From the NCBI GenBank assembly GCA_040954595.2, contig CM082579.2, positions 3,092,345 to 3,156,344 on the forward strand: DNA of 64,000 nucleotides, given 5' to 3'. A program made the translations under genes and the position numbers. Under the pieces are notes generated by a model. It made no database searches and was not told the origin of the DNA. It worked only from the letters and a program-made list of their open reading frames with translations. Shown piece after piece: positions 24,417 through 36,300 of this stretch (positions are counted from its first letter, which is position 1; each line of letters opens with the position of its first letter). The stretch is from Balanoglossus misakiensis. Lineage: Eukaryota; Animalia; Hemichordata.

Positions 24417-25164
24417 GATTGCTAAGATTTGTCAGTCATCAGTGATGTCGCATATGCTTGCTTGCAGACGCAGCTTTCAGTTACTATGGACACGAATCTC
24501 CTGTTGTCCTGGCAATGAATGCGACCTGTAATTTTATACCACAAGAATGTCTGCATAAAAGACAATTCACACTAAATTCGTGCTGTAGACGTTCATGGAG
24601 AGTTCATGACATACCTGGTGCACATACGATTAGTCTGAAAGCATACGTTATTATGCAAAACAACACAAGTGAAGTACATTGCAACCACCAGCAACTATTC
24701 CGATGTCAAATCATACTCGCTCCGAATTTCGACTATATGCAGTAAGCTCTAGTTATCTGATCAGAGCTGATCATCTAGTGATACAACTACCAGATTATAC
24801 GTACCAAGCAGAATTAGAATTCGGGGTTTCGGTCTCAGATCATAGCATTTTGGTGTCACTGCACTGTATCATGTATGCACCTTTGTTTTGTAAGCGCCCT
24901 CACACACTTCTCTGTGCATAATATTGAGCCCTTAGCTTACTGAATTAACTATCTCTAAATGGAGTTAAAACTCAATATATTTTCGCTATACCAACGGTGG
25001 AATTCTGTTTGAAAAGTTTTCTTCCCCTCTATACGATCGATTGGTCAAAAGTTAGATCACAGTATAGATGTTTTGATGTTAGAATCCTCACTGATCTTTT
25101 CGTTATATAAATTCGTCACATAGGGAGTCAATTTTGAGTGAAGAAACGGGAACAAATAAACAAG

Positions 25165-26832
25165 ATGGCGACGAGGGGAGCAAAGAAAGGTAAAAATGAT
25201 CATCGGATTCATCGATGGTACGCTCGTACGAAAAACCCTGAGCTTCCAATATCGCTCCATATGTTTCATGTTTGCATCGATAACTATACTACATGTACAT
25301 AGGCTTGTGTGACCTTTATCAACGTGGAATTTGTCGAGAGATCAATTAAGCATTCAGAACACCATGCCCCTCCACTCTAGTGCCATCGACAGCTGCAGTG
25401 TAGTTCCTGTGCCTTCTCCTTGTTGAGATTCACGACCTGCAGTACTGTACAGTACTATGTGTTCATTCATTCATTCATTCATTCATTCATTCATTCATTC
25501 ATTCATTCATTCATTCATTCATTCATTCATTCATTCATTCACTCACTCACTCACTCACTCACTCACTCACTCACTCACTCACTCACTCACTCACTCACTC
25601 ACTCACTCACTCACTCTTGTGTGGTTTATCTTTCAGAACATCTTGCGTACAGTGAACTTGCCCTCAGGGGCAACAAATCAGTCATGGACTATTGGTGAGA
25701 TCTTAATACCATTCTTATTTCTCTTTTGTCCACCGACACGACAACTTACTTAGAAATAAATGAATAAAGATGCTGAACAAGACTAAAGATATGTACAACA
25801 TTTTGGTGATTGCTCATCTCTAAAACATGTTAATTCTACTGTTCATATTTAGATAAACCCAATTCTCTTGTCTTGTCAAGTACTGTTTGGTTTAATTCTA
25901 ATATAGGTTTTTCTTCTCTTCCTAGTCGTACTTCAATGTCAGCACTATCTGGCGCAACAGCTGGTGTACTGGGATTGACGGGACTTTATGGGTTCATATT
26001 TTATCTCATCACATCTCTTTGTCTTTCTGTGAGTACAACGGTATCTTATGGTCATGATTGATGACAAGCAGTCTCAAGTGAATTATATTTTTTTCACTTA
26101 CAGATGAAGCATAAAAAATGTTACATTGTTGACCCAGGATGATCACACTGACTGCATCATGCTATCTGTCTGGAACTTTTTATTTCATGTCTGTATCTAA
26201 TGAAAACCCCTTTTACATTTCGTTTCAGTTTATGTTGGTTTTGAAAGCAGGCAGCGGCTGGAACAAATATTTCCGATCAAGAACACCACTCCTAACCAAT
26301 GGTTTTATGGGTGGGCTATTTGTATCCTTTATCAGGTGACATTGTAGTGAACTTGCAAAAATGGGAAGTGGAGTGTGAATGTTAGTGTAGTCATTGGCCG
26401 ATATTGGGGAACTGGTTTCATTTCAGTTTGCAAATGAAACAAACAATTGTCAACATTTTGAATTTCAGTTTCATATCAACCATGCTGTTTGTACGTGTAC
26501 TAGTATGACCAGCTTGATTCACTCATACATACTTTTTGTAGAGTACAACCTGCTTTTGATTTATATTGATATTTTCCTTGACTAATGTTTTCCAGACATA
26601 TATTCTCTTCTGGACGTATCCTTTTACACCATGTGCATCATAAGTTTCTGTTTTTACAGCTTCACAGTTTACAGTACAAATGAATGTGTTCCCATGATGC
26701 AGTGCAACAACCATTTGAAAACAGTTGGTCTGACAGCATGTTTTCGTCATCCAGTGCAGTCTTTGTTAAACGTAACAGTGATCTTTAACGTATCTGTCCA
26801 GATTTCTGTATGGAATGGTCCATGTGTACTGA
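25165..26832 (+). CDS. EMC6: ER membrane protein complex subunit 6, 109 aa (exons 25165-25189, 25637-25694, 25926-26028, 26229-26321, 26596-26615, 26802-26832)
   Basis: Spliced product [54 protein letters not shown]...[42 protein letters not shown] matches the EMC6/TMEM93 family. Exon lengths sum to 330 nt. Confidence 0.95.
25462..25617. repeat. Compound microsatellite (TTCA)n-(CTCA)n in EMC6 intron 1
   Basis: Directly visible tetranucleotide array switching from ATTC to ACTC at about 25541. Confidence 0.95.
26322..26595 (+). other. U12-type (minor spliceosome) GT-AG intron in EMC6
   Basis: 5' splice site GTATCCTTT. Branch site TTTCCTTGAC lies just upstream of the acceptor CAG at 26593-26595. 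Confidence 0.85.
26616..26801 (+). other. Second U12-type GT-AG intron in EMC6
   Basis: 5' splice site GTATCCTTTT. Branch-like TCTTTAAC at about 26782-26789, 12 nt before the intron end at 26801. Confidence 0.8.
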
Positions 26833-27309
26833 GACAAGTGCAATAGGAATACTGCCTTCTTTTCTTAGCCGTGGATTGGGAACACCAACTGGACTAATTT
26901 GGGAAGATGCCAAAATAGACATTCAACCTAGGGAGGGGAGGGGTGGGGTGTTATTCATATGGATTTTGACAATAAAGCTTTGGCACCGAGATAATTCAAT
27001 TCAACCTTGAGCACTGAATTCAGCCCTACACACTAGAAAAGTTAACATCAAATCCTTACACACAATGTTGCATTTTTTGAAGCAAGTTTTTGTGTACATG
27101 TATTTGATGTGTATATATAGCACCCCAAAGAAGAAAATAGCCAACAATATTATTTTGTTTTTTGTACTTTTATTTGAAGAAAATGATAATAAAACTACAT
27201 TATTGAAATAATATACTGGTTCTGTCATGTCACTTTACCACCAGCTATTCATCCAACTACATGTATGGTCTCTGTACAGACGGGACAAAGGTCATTTGTC
27301 CACTATTCA

Positions 27310-29471
27310 TCAGCTCTTGTCAGAATCATCTTTTTTCCCAAAGAACCACTTTCTAACAGAATCCACCCTGCAAGAAAAAGAAATTATTCTGTCAAAACTG
27401 TCATAAGATCATCTTATAAGCAAGTTTTAATTTTAGTATAGCAAATATACTGACTGTTGAATGACCACATGAATGAAAATACCAGGATAAAAACAGTATC
27501 TGTCGTGAAAAGTATTCGAGTTCCTACCTGGAGGATGAATCTTCATCTTCTTCTTCAACATCTGGACCTTCCAAGGTTTGCGCTGAAATGTAAGACATTA
27601 CAATGTTGAAAAAAGATTGGTGCACTGAACACTGGTGGCAGAATAGCACCCCAAGAGGCAAACAATAACTCCTTTGCTGGTCTGGCATCATAACATTGAA
27701 CCAGCACATTGTTTACTTAGTACAAAGGCTACTCACTTTTAAGTTTTGCAACTAATTCCTCCGTGTAGACATCGATCAACGGTCTCACAGGATTATTCAG
27801 TTGCTCCTGAGCTTTCACCTTCTTTATTGCTTCTGCATAACTTAAACCTATCCATTCAGCTTCTTCTTCCTGCGAAAATCACAAACATGCTCAGAGTCTG
27901 CGATGGCCACACCTCTCCATGTTCTCGTTATCTGAGCATTCTGATGGTCAATACAAGAGACTAAAACACACCTTTTCAACACAACCAGTGTTTGGATTCC
28001 AGTACTATACAAACTATCAGTATTATACTGGCTAAGATGATCAACTTACATGAACTACAAATTTTTTGTATCTGTTATAAATTTCCTCTCTTTTCTCAGC
28101 ATCGTCAGGATACATCTCATCTTTCCTGGCAAGTGTCAACAGCATGTGTCGTTTCAAGTCTTCACCGAGCTTTGATCTCAAGTCTTGTCGTGGAGTCTTC
28201 CCAATCAGAGAGGGAGAGAGAGAGAGAGATGGACAGAGAAAGAGAGAGAGAACAAAAAAAACATTACAACTTTGCCACCACATACAAGAATACAACAATC
28301 ACCCCTTGGTGGCTTTTCAGTCACTTGCGAATAAACTTCTTGGTCAGTTACCCCCGGGAACTTACCCAAATCTTAACCCCAACTTTGAAATTGTCTTGGT
28401 GGCATGTCTAGAGTAACCAGCCTGCAAAACTGCTCTTTTTCTAATGTTTCTTACCTTCAGAATGTAAAAGTCAAACCCATAACATTCATCAATTTGATCC
28501 AAAGTTGAATGAGTAACTCCTATCGGTCCAATGTTTCTGTCTAGAATTTCACTATAAAAAGTTTTCATAAATAGCTGTGGTTTCCACACTTTGTGAAATC
28601 TGAAAGAAAAAGAAAGTGCATTTTGGGGGTTTAATTAACCAAATAGGTTGCCCAATAGTGACTGAAACCCAAAAGCTGCAAACAAGTGGTTGTAGTACTT
28701 CAATCAAAATCCTGTCTTAGTGGAAAATGTGTGTGATTCATGTTTATTACTGTTTGCAAATATTTTCTATTCTTACCTTGGTTTCATTTTCTTATCCTGC
28801 TTCTTCTTGTACCCTCTAATTATACCCTCACCTCCCCAGAGAGCAGATTGAGATTCCTTGGGAAACTTTACATAAATGGGAACATTCTGTATTCTTTCAC
28901 GTTCTCCTGTCCTTGGATTTGTTTTGTATTTACCTGTTAAAAAAAGAGACACATAAAAGCTGTTTTTAATGATGTCATATAGTGATTCCACAACATATCA
29001 TCTTCCAGTACGCAGAAAATGAGCCACTTTAGCCATTCAAAACCTCATTTCTGTGACATGTTTCACCTTCTTCTGGTATCCAATGCACTGGTCTTGGAGG
29101 CCTGGTCCAGCTTCTCCATTTATGCCACACATCTGGTATTTTAGCCCCATAACCTTGCTGGTATCGGTGAGCTTTCTATGGGAAGAATGCAAAATGTCTA
29201 CTTAACATACAATGTACATGTATGAATAAACATTTTTGAACTGGACGATTGGTTTTCAACATCAATCACTGCACTGTTCAGTCACTAGTCATCATCAGTA
29301 TCCAAGCATCACTGCATCAATCACCTGTACATTCACACATTTCCCTTTCCAAACGCAGTTGGAAATGTTGAAACGTATAGAACTGTGGCTAACCAACTAT
29401 AAACGCGTTATTCCACCGCATCAAATACTTACGCTTCCATATCTGTAGACTATTGCTGATTTCGAAGCCAT
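27310..29471 (-). CDS. MRPL28: Mitochondrial large ribosomal subunit protein bL28m, about 280 aa (exons 29471-29433, 29175-29067, 28933-28777, 28599-28455, 28196-28050, 27869-27737, 27582-27528, 27367-27310)
   Basis: Family motifs [56 protein letters not shown] and EEEAEWIGL. The exons join in frame. The last two exons are less certain. Confidence 0.92.
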
Positions 29472-30359
29472 GATCACATTGCATGCAAGCTACATATGCT
29501 CCACCGGCTGGGTCAGAGGTTACCTGTAGTCACATGACGATCTGCTCGTAAGCGAATTCTTTAGCAGTCAAAACTGTTTTTCAAAACTTCTGAAATATAA
29601 AGCCTACATTAAAAATTCACCTTGAGACTATAAATTTACAGAAATATACTGCTTACTAATTATTTACATGTAGTTGAAATTGTGTTTGCGAGAAAATATG
29701 AGATTTTACGAGATCTGTCGGCCTGTTGTCTATGTAAACAAATCTCAAAATGGCGCTGTACATACGGTTTTGGTTAGCAACCGAAAATACGAACTAAAAC
29801 GCCCTTTGACGCCCAAATGTAGATCGGATAATAACTTGTATGAGGTAGGATGGTTATAAACGACAACTTATTTTATTCGTATAAACAATTTTTATTTTAT
29901 TTCGTCGCGATCGTCACCTTTCCCTGTCGGACTCCGCGACCCTTGGAGACGGTCAGCTACAGCTGACAGCTCAGCTCATCAGGTCATAGGAACGGGCACT
30001 CCGATCAACGCGAGTAAAGCCCCCCTTGCAGATTGTAACATGAAAGAAGTTGCAATCGCAGGTTTTACAGGTGTTATGTTGGTTGATCGGGTCGCTTCTG
30101 GCTCAGAGTAGTCAACAGGCACTTATGGGTTACGGTTTTATGCATGATGCGTAAGGGGGAGGGGCTATTTGAGGGGTGGAGGGTGGTTACTTTCATAGGT
30201 ACATGTCTATATGATCATGACAAAAAGTTCTTTGCCTACCTGATGAACAAATCTTCACAAACTGATTGCCCCTACAGGTGGGTTGCAGCTACTGCACTGA
30301 TCAAGATTAAAGTTGTAAAGTGACACTACACTGTGCCACTAAAATACAATAATAGGATC

Positions 30360-33300
30360 ATGACAGAAAGGTATGCCAACTCTGCATTAAATATATTTAT
30401 TAATTTCCCAGTCCTCTTTGTCTGTTAATTAATTTGTTTTCACTCATTCCAGCAATTCATTTGCCATGTCTACATCCCATTGAATATAGTCCACTTGTTC
30501 CTGATCCTCTGAGGATAGCATAAATGGAGGACCAAGAGAATAATATTTGCCAAATTAGACATTGTTGCAATAACATATGTTGTCAAACTTTTATTAATGC
30601 TGATAATTTTCTGCCTGACAGAGATGTATTTCCCTCAGACAAGACTGACAAGCCTGCCTTCAGATATGGCTTCAGTCACAAGGACGAAATTGCCATCAGG
30701 CAAGAAATAGAACAACTGAAGAAGAAATCCCAGGAGCAAATGAAAGCCATCAAAGCAGAGAAGAAAAGAGAAAAGTTGAAAGTGGAGGAAGATGATACTA
30801 TAGCGTACGTATTATTGTGTGTACAGACTCCCCCAGTTGTAGCAAGTTTAAATCTCCATTAGCTGAAACTTTTCACATGTTTTCAGTATGGTTGTTTTGT
30901 GTATCTACTGCAGTTGCTAGTTCAAATCCCCGAAACATAATGAATTTCCCAGTATCCAGCTTATAAATACAACCTACAAGTATATAGTCAGCATTGTAAA
31001 TATGCTTTTGTTTCCCCCCTCCCTCCATCCCACACATCCCCCGCCCACTCGCTTGCATTTTCTAATTTCTTTTCTGGCTTTACTGTTTATTTTTCAGTGA
31101 TAAAGTGTTCAATGTGTAGGTATTACAGCTGTGACCATTTCAAACCTCAATATTTATATATATATTCCATGTTTTTGTCAATACTAACAATTTATGGTTA
31201 ATAGCGTGATTTATGTTTGCTTGCTTCTGTTGTAAATGATAACATAGTGATTCTTATGAGAGGTTATTACCAAGGCATATTCTTCTGTAAATTGACCCAT
31301 ATTTCATAATATTGATGCTTTGACGAGTTTTTTCTCTCTCATTGTAATTGATAGATGTTTACATGTGCCTTTGTTGGTAACAATACATACTTGTATATGT
31401 GTTGGTTTGGGTTTATAGCTGGGAATATACTCACTTAATTATCTCTTCTGTTGTCATGGTTACTATCAAGCAGAGGTTGTGGTGGGTCCGTAGATAATAA
31501 TACTACACCATTCTTGAATTGCAATTAGATATATGTAATGCATTCCATGGAAGTACATGTTCTGGAATAAAACAATAGGGAAGGGGAAGGCACCACTTCT
31601 TCTGAAGATAATTTTGTTCTGAATTACCTTTTGGCTTTTGTGGGCATTGAAAATTTATTTTTATGGTCCAGGGCTCACCAAAACCTTTGCTTGAAACTCT
31701 TGTAATGATCAACATCCAAAGAATGTAAAGAAATGGGTAAGGTGTTTAGGAAAGAGGTAAGATTGAGTGGTCATGCCATAATGGAATTTGGAATCTAAGG
31801 GAACAAAACTGTGTTGACTGTCTGTGATAAGGGTCGTGGGATAATTTCATAAAGAGTCAACCGTAAGAAATGTGACCATTATGTTTCTAACATGACTTTT
31901 TTCTACTGTAGTAAATTATCGCCACAATTTGGCAAGAAGAGGATGCCTTACAAGCGAAAAACTGAACCAGTGTTTCATGAGCTTACCTTTGATTTGGCTA
32001 AAAAACAACAGGTAAGTGAATTTTGTCAAATAGGTAAAAATTAGGATAAGATGCTGTATGAAGTTTTGTGTAGTTTTACTCCAGCATTTATTGCAAGTGT
32101 CTGCACATTTCTAAGTAGAGAGAATATTAGTAACAGAAATTTGTAATAATTTATGAACAAAAAGCTCAGAAAAAAAGTTGATGGGCAGTTCTGCAGGACT
32201 GTGGTGTAATTCTGTCTGTTTATTTGACTGACCATGCAGGATGTTGAAATAGCGCCAACCATGTCATCCTACAATCCAATAGAGAAAGCACCCATCCCAC
32301 CTGTGTCCAGTAAGACCAAGAAGTTACCGTTTAGTAAATCTGAGTACATCACACCTAAAGGTAATTCATAAATTCACAAATTGATGCATGACAATTTTAC
32401 CATGCCATGATTATACTGTCAGAATGGTGATTTACAAACTGATATGATCTATATTCTGTTTCATTCCTTTTATCTCTTTCTCTCATCCAGAAATGCGAGT
32501 GCCCCGTGTCTCATCCCTGGGAGTTTTACCAACAAGAAGCACTGCAGGAGTCAAAGGTCTTAATGTTCTCATGGCCGGTGCCCCAGTGCTGAGCCAAATG
32601 GATGGAAGTATTTTTGCTATTACTGAGGTACATTTGAAACCATATTTCCATTTTATATTTTGTACAGTTCAATTCATTTATACTTCATTCATTCATTCAT
32701 TCATTCATTCATTCATTCATTCATTCATTCATTCATTCATTCATTCATTCATTCATTCATTCATTCATTCATTCATTCATTCATTCCAGGCCAACATTGC
32801 AAAGAAACCTGAAGATGATAAGGACAAAGGCAAAGGCTCCGATGAGGGGAGCAAGAAGGGTGATGGTGCTGTCACCAAGACACCAGCATCCACGTCCACC
32901 ATGGCAACCAAACCAGCCATCGTTGGAACCATCGGAACACTGGCACCGGTCAAGTTCTCTTCCCGGGCCAAGCCACCACCAAGACCACGGTCTGAGAAGG
33001 TTGAAACAGTGCCATCTCCTCAGCCACCAAAGAGCAGAGGTCAGTTTCACAGATAGCACCCAAAGAAGAATATATAATAAATCAAGGGATTGTAGGAGAC
33101 TAGAGGTCTCCCTGACTCTATGCTTTAAATCTGACAACATTTTTACCTCTGTATGTACATTAGCACATGAACTTCCTTCTCTGAATTATGAAGGGCACTT
33201 TTGTTAAACCCTTGTCTCTGTTGCTATTTCAGCTAGTTCCAGGGCAAGCAGTAAAGCGACCAGGAAGAAATTCAAAGGAACGGCAAGTGCTCGTAGCCAG

Positions 33301-36300
33301 CTGGTGAAGAGCAGGACTCCCTCCTCGAGGAAGAAAAGACGCAGCTCCGGGTCGGAATCCAGCAGCGACGAAAGCAGCGACGAGGAGGAACGGGAAAGGA
33401 GACCTCACAGCCGGGTGGGATTCCGGGACAGCTCCGCGAAGTCAGCCGCGTCACACAAATCTGCAGCAGAGCTGTTGGCAGAGGCGCAGGCCATTGCCAC
33501 TGGTGACACCGGAATGGCAGCGGGAAAGGGTACGGAAGACGTGGAAAAGGAAGAGGAGGAGGAAGAGCCAATCCCACCTGTGCCAACAGAGAGATCGGTG
33601 GATGATATCATATCGTCTTTGAAAGCATCCAGAGAGGGGAAGTAAGTGGTCTGTTTTTTTGATGCAATGATGTCCTCACGATTTGTGATGCCATGAGCAT
33701 TTAGGGATCTCTCAGACAGAACACATGGTTACACACATAGTTTTCCAACATCATGTCTGCTACACATACCAAAAATAAACCTTTATAATTCAGACAACAT
33801 TCAGATACTTTAACACTTGGAAAGCTATCGGGGGATCACATCACAATGATATTTTACTTGTGAATAAAAGTGTCGCCTATCACTTCCAGGAGAGAAATGT
33901 CAGCAGCAGACGTCAAGATCCAAGAGATAATGCAGAGAGTGATGGTGAGAGCAAAGGCTGTGCTGGGTGACGATGTGGAGGAAGAGGAGAAGAAAGATGA
34001 TGAAGATGAAGGAATAGGCGAAGAAGAGAGCGAGGTTCCTGGTCTTCCGGATATCAGTGTTGCCCTGGAGCCCTCCGGTGATGGAGAGCTCACGGACGAC
34101 CAAGAAGCAATGGCTGATGGCACTGCTGGTGATCTCACACAGGTGTGTATGATCTCTGAGTATTCCTACTGCAAGGTTCTCTTTCATTTCAATAGTGAAC
34201 ATCATTGTGGAATACAGCAGTCCACTACTTTAAAAAAAGAACCACTGATGTCCACTGCACAGTGGTGGCCCAACTAGAACAGTCAGCTCTGTCCCTGGCC
34301 TCACCCCCTTCTGCCCATACTAAATTCAGCCAACTTTGTACTCTATACTTTGTGTATTGATTTTAGACATCTGTTCACAGTTTTGATGATGAGTGTTCTT
34401 CTTGCATTGTAGGATGCAACAGCGAGAGAAAATGGCGACATTGCCGACAGTGCAACTCCTGGTGTGGATGAGAAAGCTGATGGTGACAAGACAGTCGAAG
34501 AAGCTGCAGCCAAGCCCTCACAAGTGGAATTTGCAGAAGCTGTAGAACAGATACCTGAAGATTGGGCCGTCCTGGATCTTTACCAAGCCTGGCAGGTACT
34601 TGTCATTTTTCATTTATCTATCGTTAAGATTCCCAGTGTAATTTAATGATAACTGAAGGCACATTTCATTTGTTTGTTGGAATAAAGAAATCCTTTTTCA
34701 CAGTTCTCATATGGAATGATTTTCTGTAACTTTTCCACTATAGGATGTACAGCTACCAGCTGAAGTGTCCTACGAGGACATCGTCCATGTGGAGGGAGAG
34801 ACCCATCCGATAGAAGAGAGAAAGGAAATGTCCAAGACAGACACCAATGTGGGACCCAGAATACCTGTCTTCAGCAGCTCTGTGTCCTTCCTGTCAACGT
34901 GGGCTCCAAAGCAGAAGATTGAACGTGAGGTGAGGCATTACAAGCAGCTAAATTTTGAAGAGATTTCAGGTATGATCAACCACCTCAAAATCTCCTAAAA
35001 CCCAATTTTTGCGTTTCTGTTTACAGAAGATAGAAGAGAAGCCTAGTGATGAAAAGAAAACTCGAAGCATTCATCATTTCTGTACACATGCCCCAGAGTT
35101 GCCTCTGCCAGGTTACTTACAGGCTGTGACAAGATCTTACCATGCACCATCCAAGTACGGTTTAAAGACACAAGAACAGGTAAGAGAGGGGGACTCCTGA
35201 GTATGTAAGGAACAGAATATTCAACGAGAAACTATATGCTCATGATGAGAGAGAGTTGTCATTTGTGATGATTACCTTTTCCTAATTCCTCTTCTATCCC
35301 CCCCCCCCCTCTCTATCTCTCATCAGGGTGTAGGGAGGTCAAGCAGTCAGAGCTACCACTCCCAGCTCTCAGAATCACAGAACGTCTTGCAGAAACAGAT
35401 GACGGAACGCGAAGACAGAGAAAGGAGAATGTCAGCGGCTGCCAAGAGAATATTGGAAGTGGCGTCAGACAACAGCTTAGATGCTTGGCAACAACGAGCT
35501 GAAGAAGTGGTAAGAAATGCAGTCTTCTGCTGTGAGCTGAAAGCCTGTGCATGATATTTCTCATTACTGTGATTCTAACCACACCTTCACCTTCACATGT
35601 CCAGCATAGAAAGTAACTTTTATTCAGTCAACTTAATACATATGGAAAACCACCTTATCATGAGACACTTCACCAGAACACATCAGACTGATTTTTTGTG
35701 CTTTCTCTCCTCCAGTTTGGAGAAGAAGATTCTGGAGTTGATGGAGAGAAGATGCCGATACGGACTGATGTCTCTCGGTAAGAGTTGTGGACCTCCTTTT
35801 CTTACTCCACAGAATCAGTTTATAGTCTGTATGAAGTCATGTGGCAGTTTCTAGTACAGATACATGGATCCCTTGTAAAATGATGCAAGCAATGATTTTA
35901 AATGTTATTACAATTGTCAACAATGTGTATTGTTATTTAGTCTATACTGGACTCCAGCCCCTCCCAAGATGGATGTACCACCAGCCTACGTACAGAGTCA
36001 TCTATTCCCGTCGTATCATGGCGCTGCATTGGCGCAGGAGAGTGAGAGAGCCACGACCATTGGTGAAGAGTCTGGCGAGAGTGAGGCTGAACTGGCTAGT
36101 ATGTATGATGAAGGCGATGTGGAAGAGAAACAACAGAAAATGAGGTGAGTTGAAAATGTGTGGCAGAATTGAAATCACATTTTTTAAGCGCTCTGTCATT
36201 TTGCCAAGAAATGGTAGGCTGACTCATAGTCCATCTATCTAGAAGTGGCTGAGTCATTTTGTGTGTACACCAGACATGTAGTCTCTTGTCAGAATGTACT

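Noticed and set aside
25420-25753. ORFs with FIHS/LTHS repeats
   Set aside because: These are translations of an intronic tetranucleotide microsatellite.
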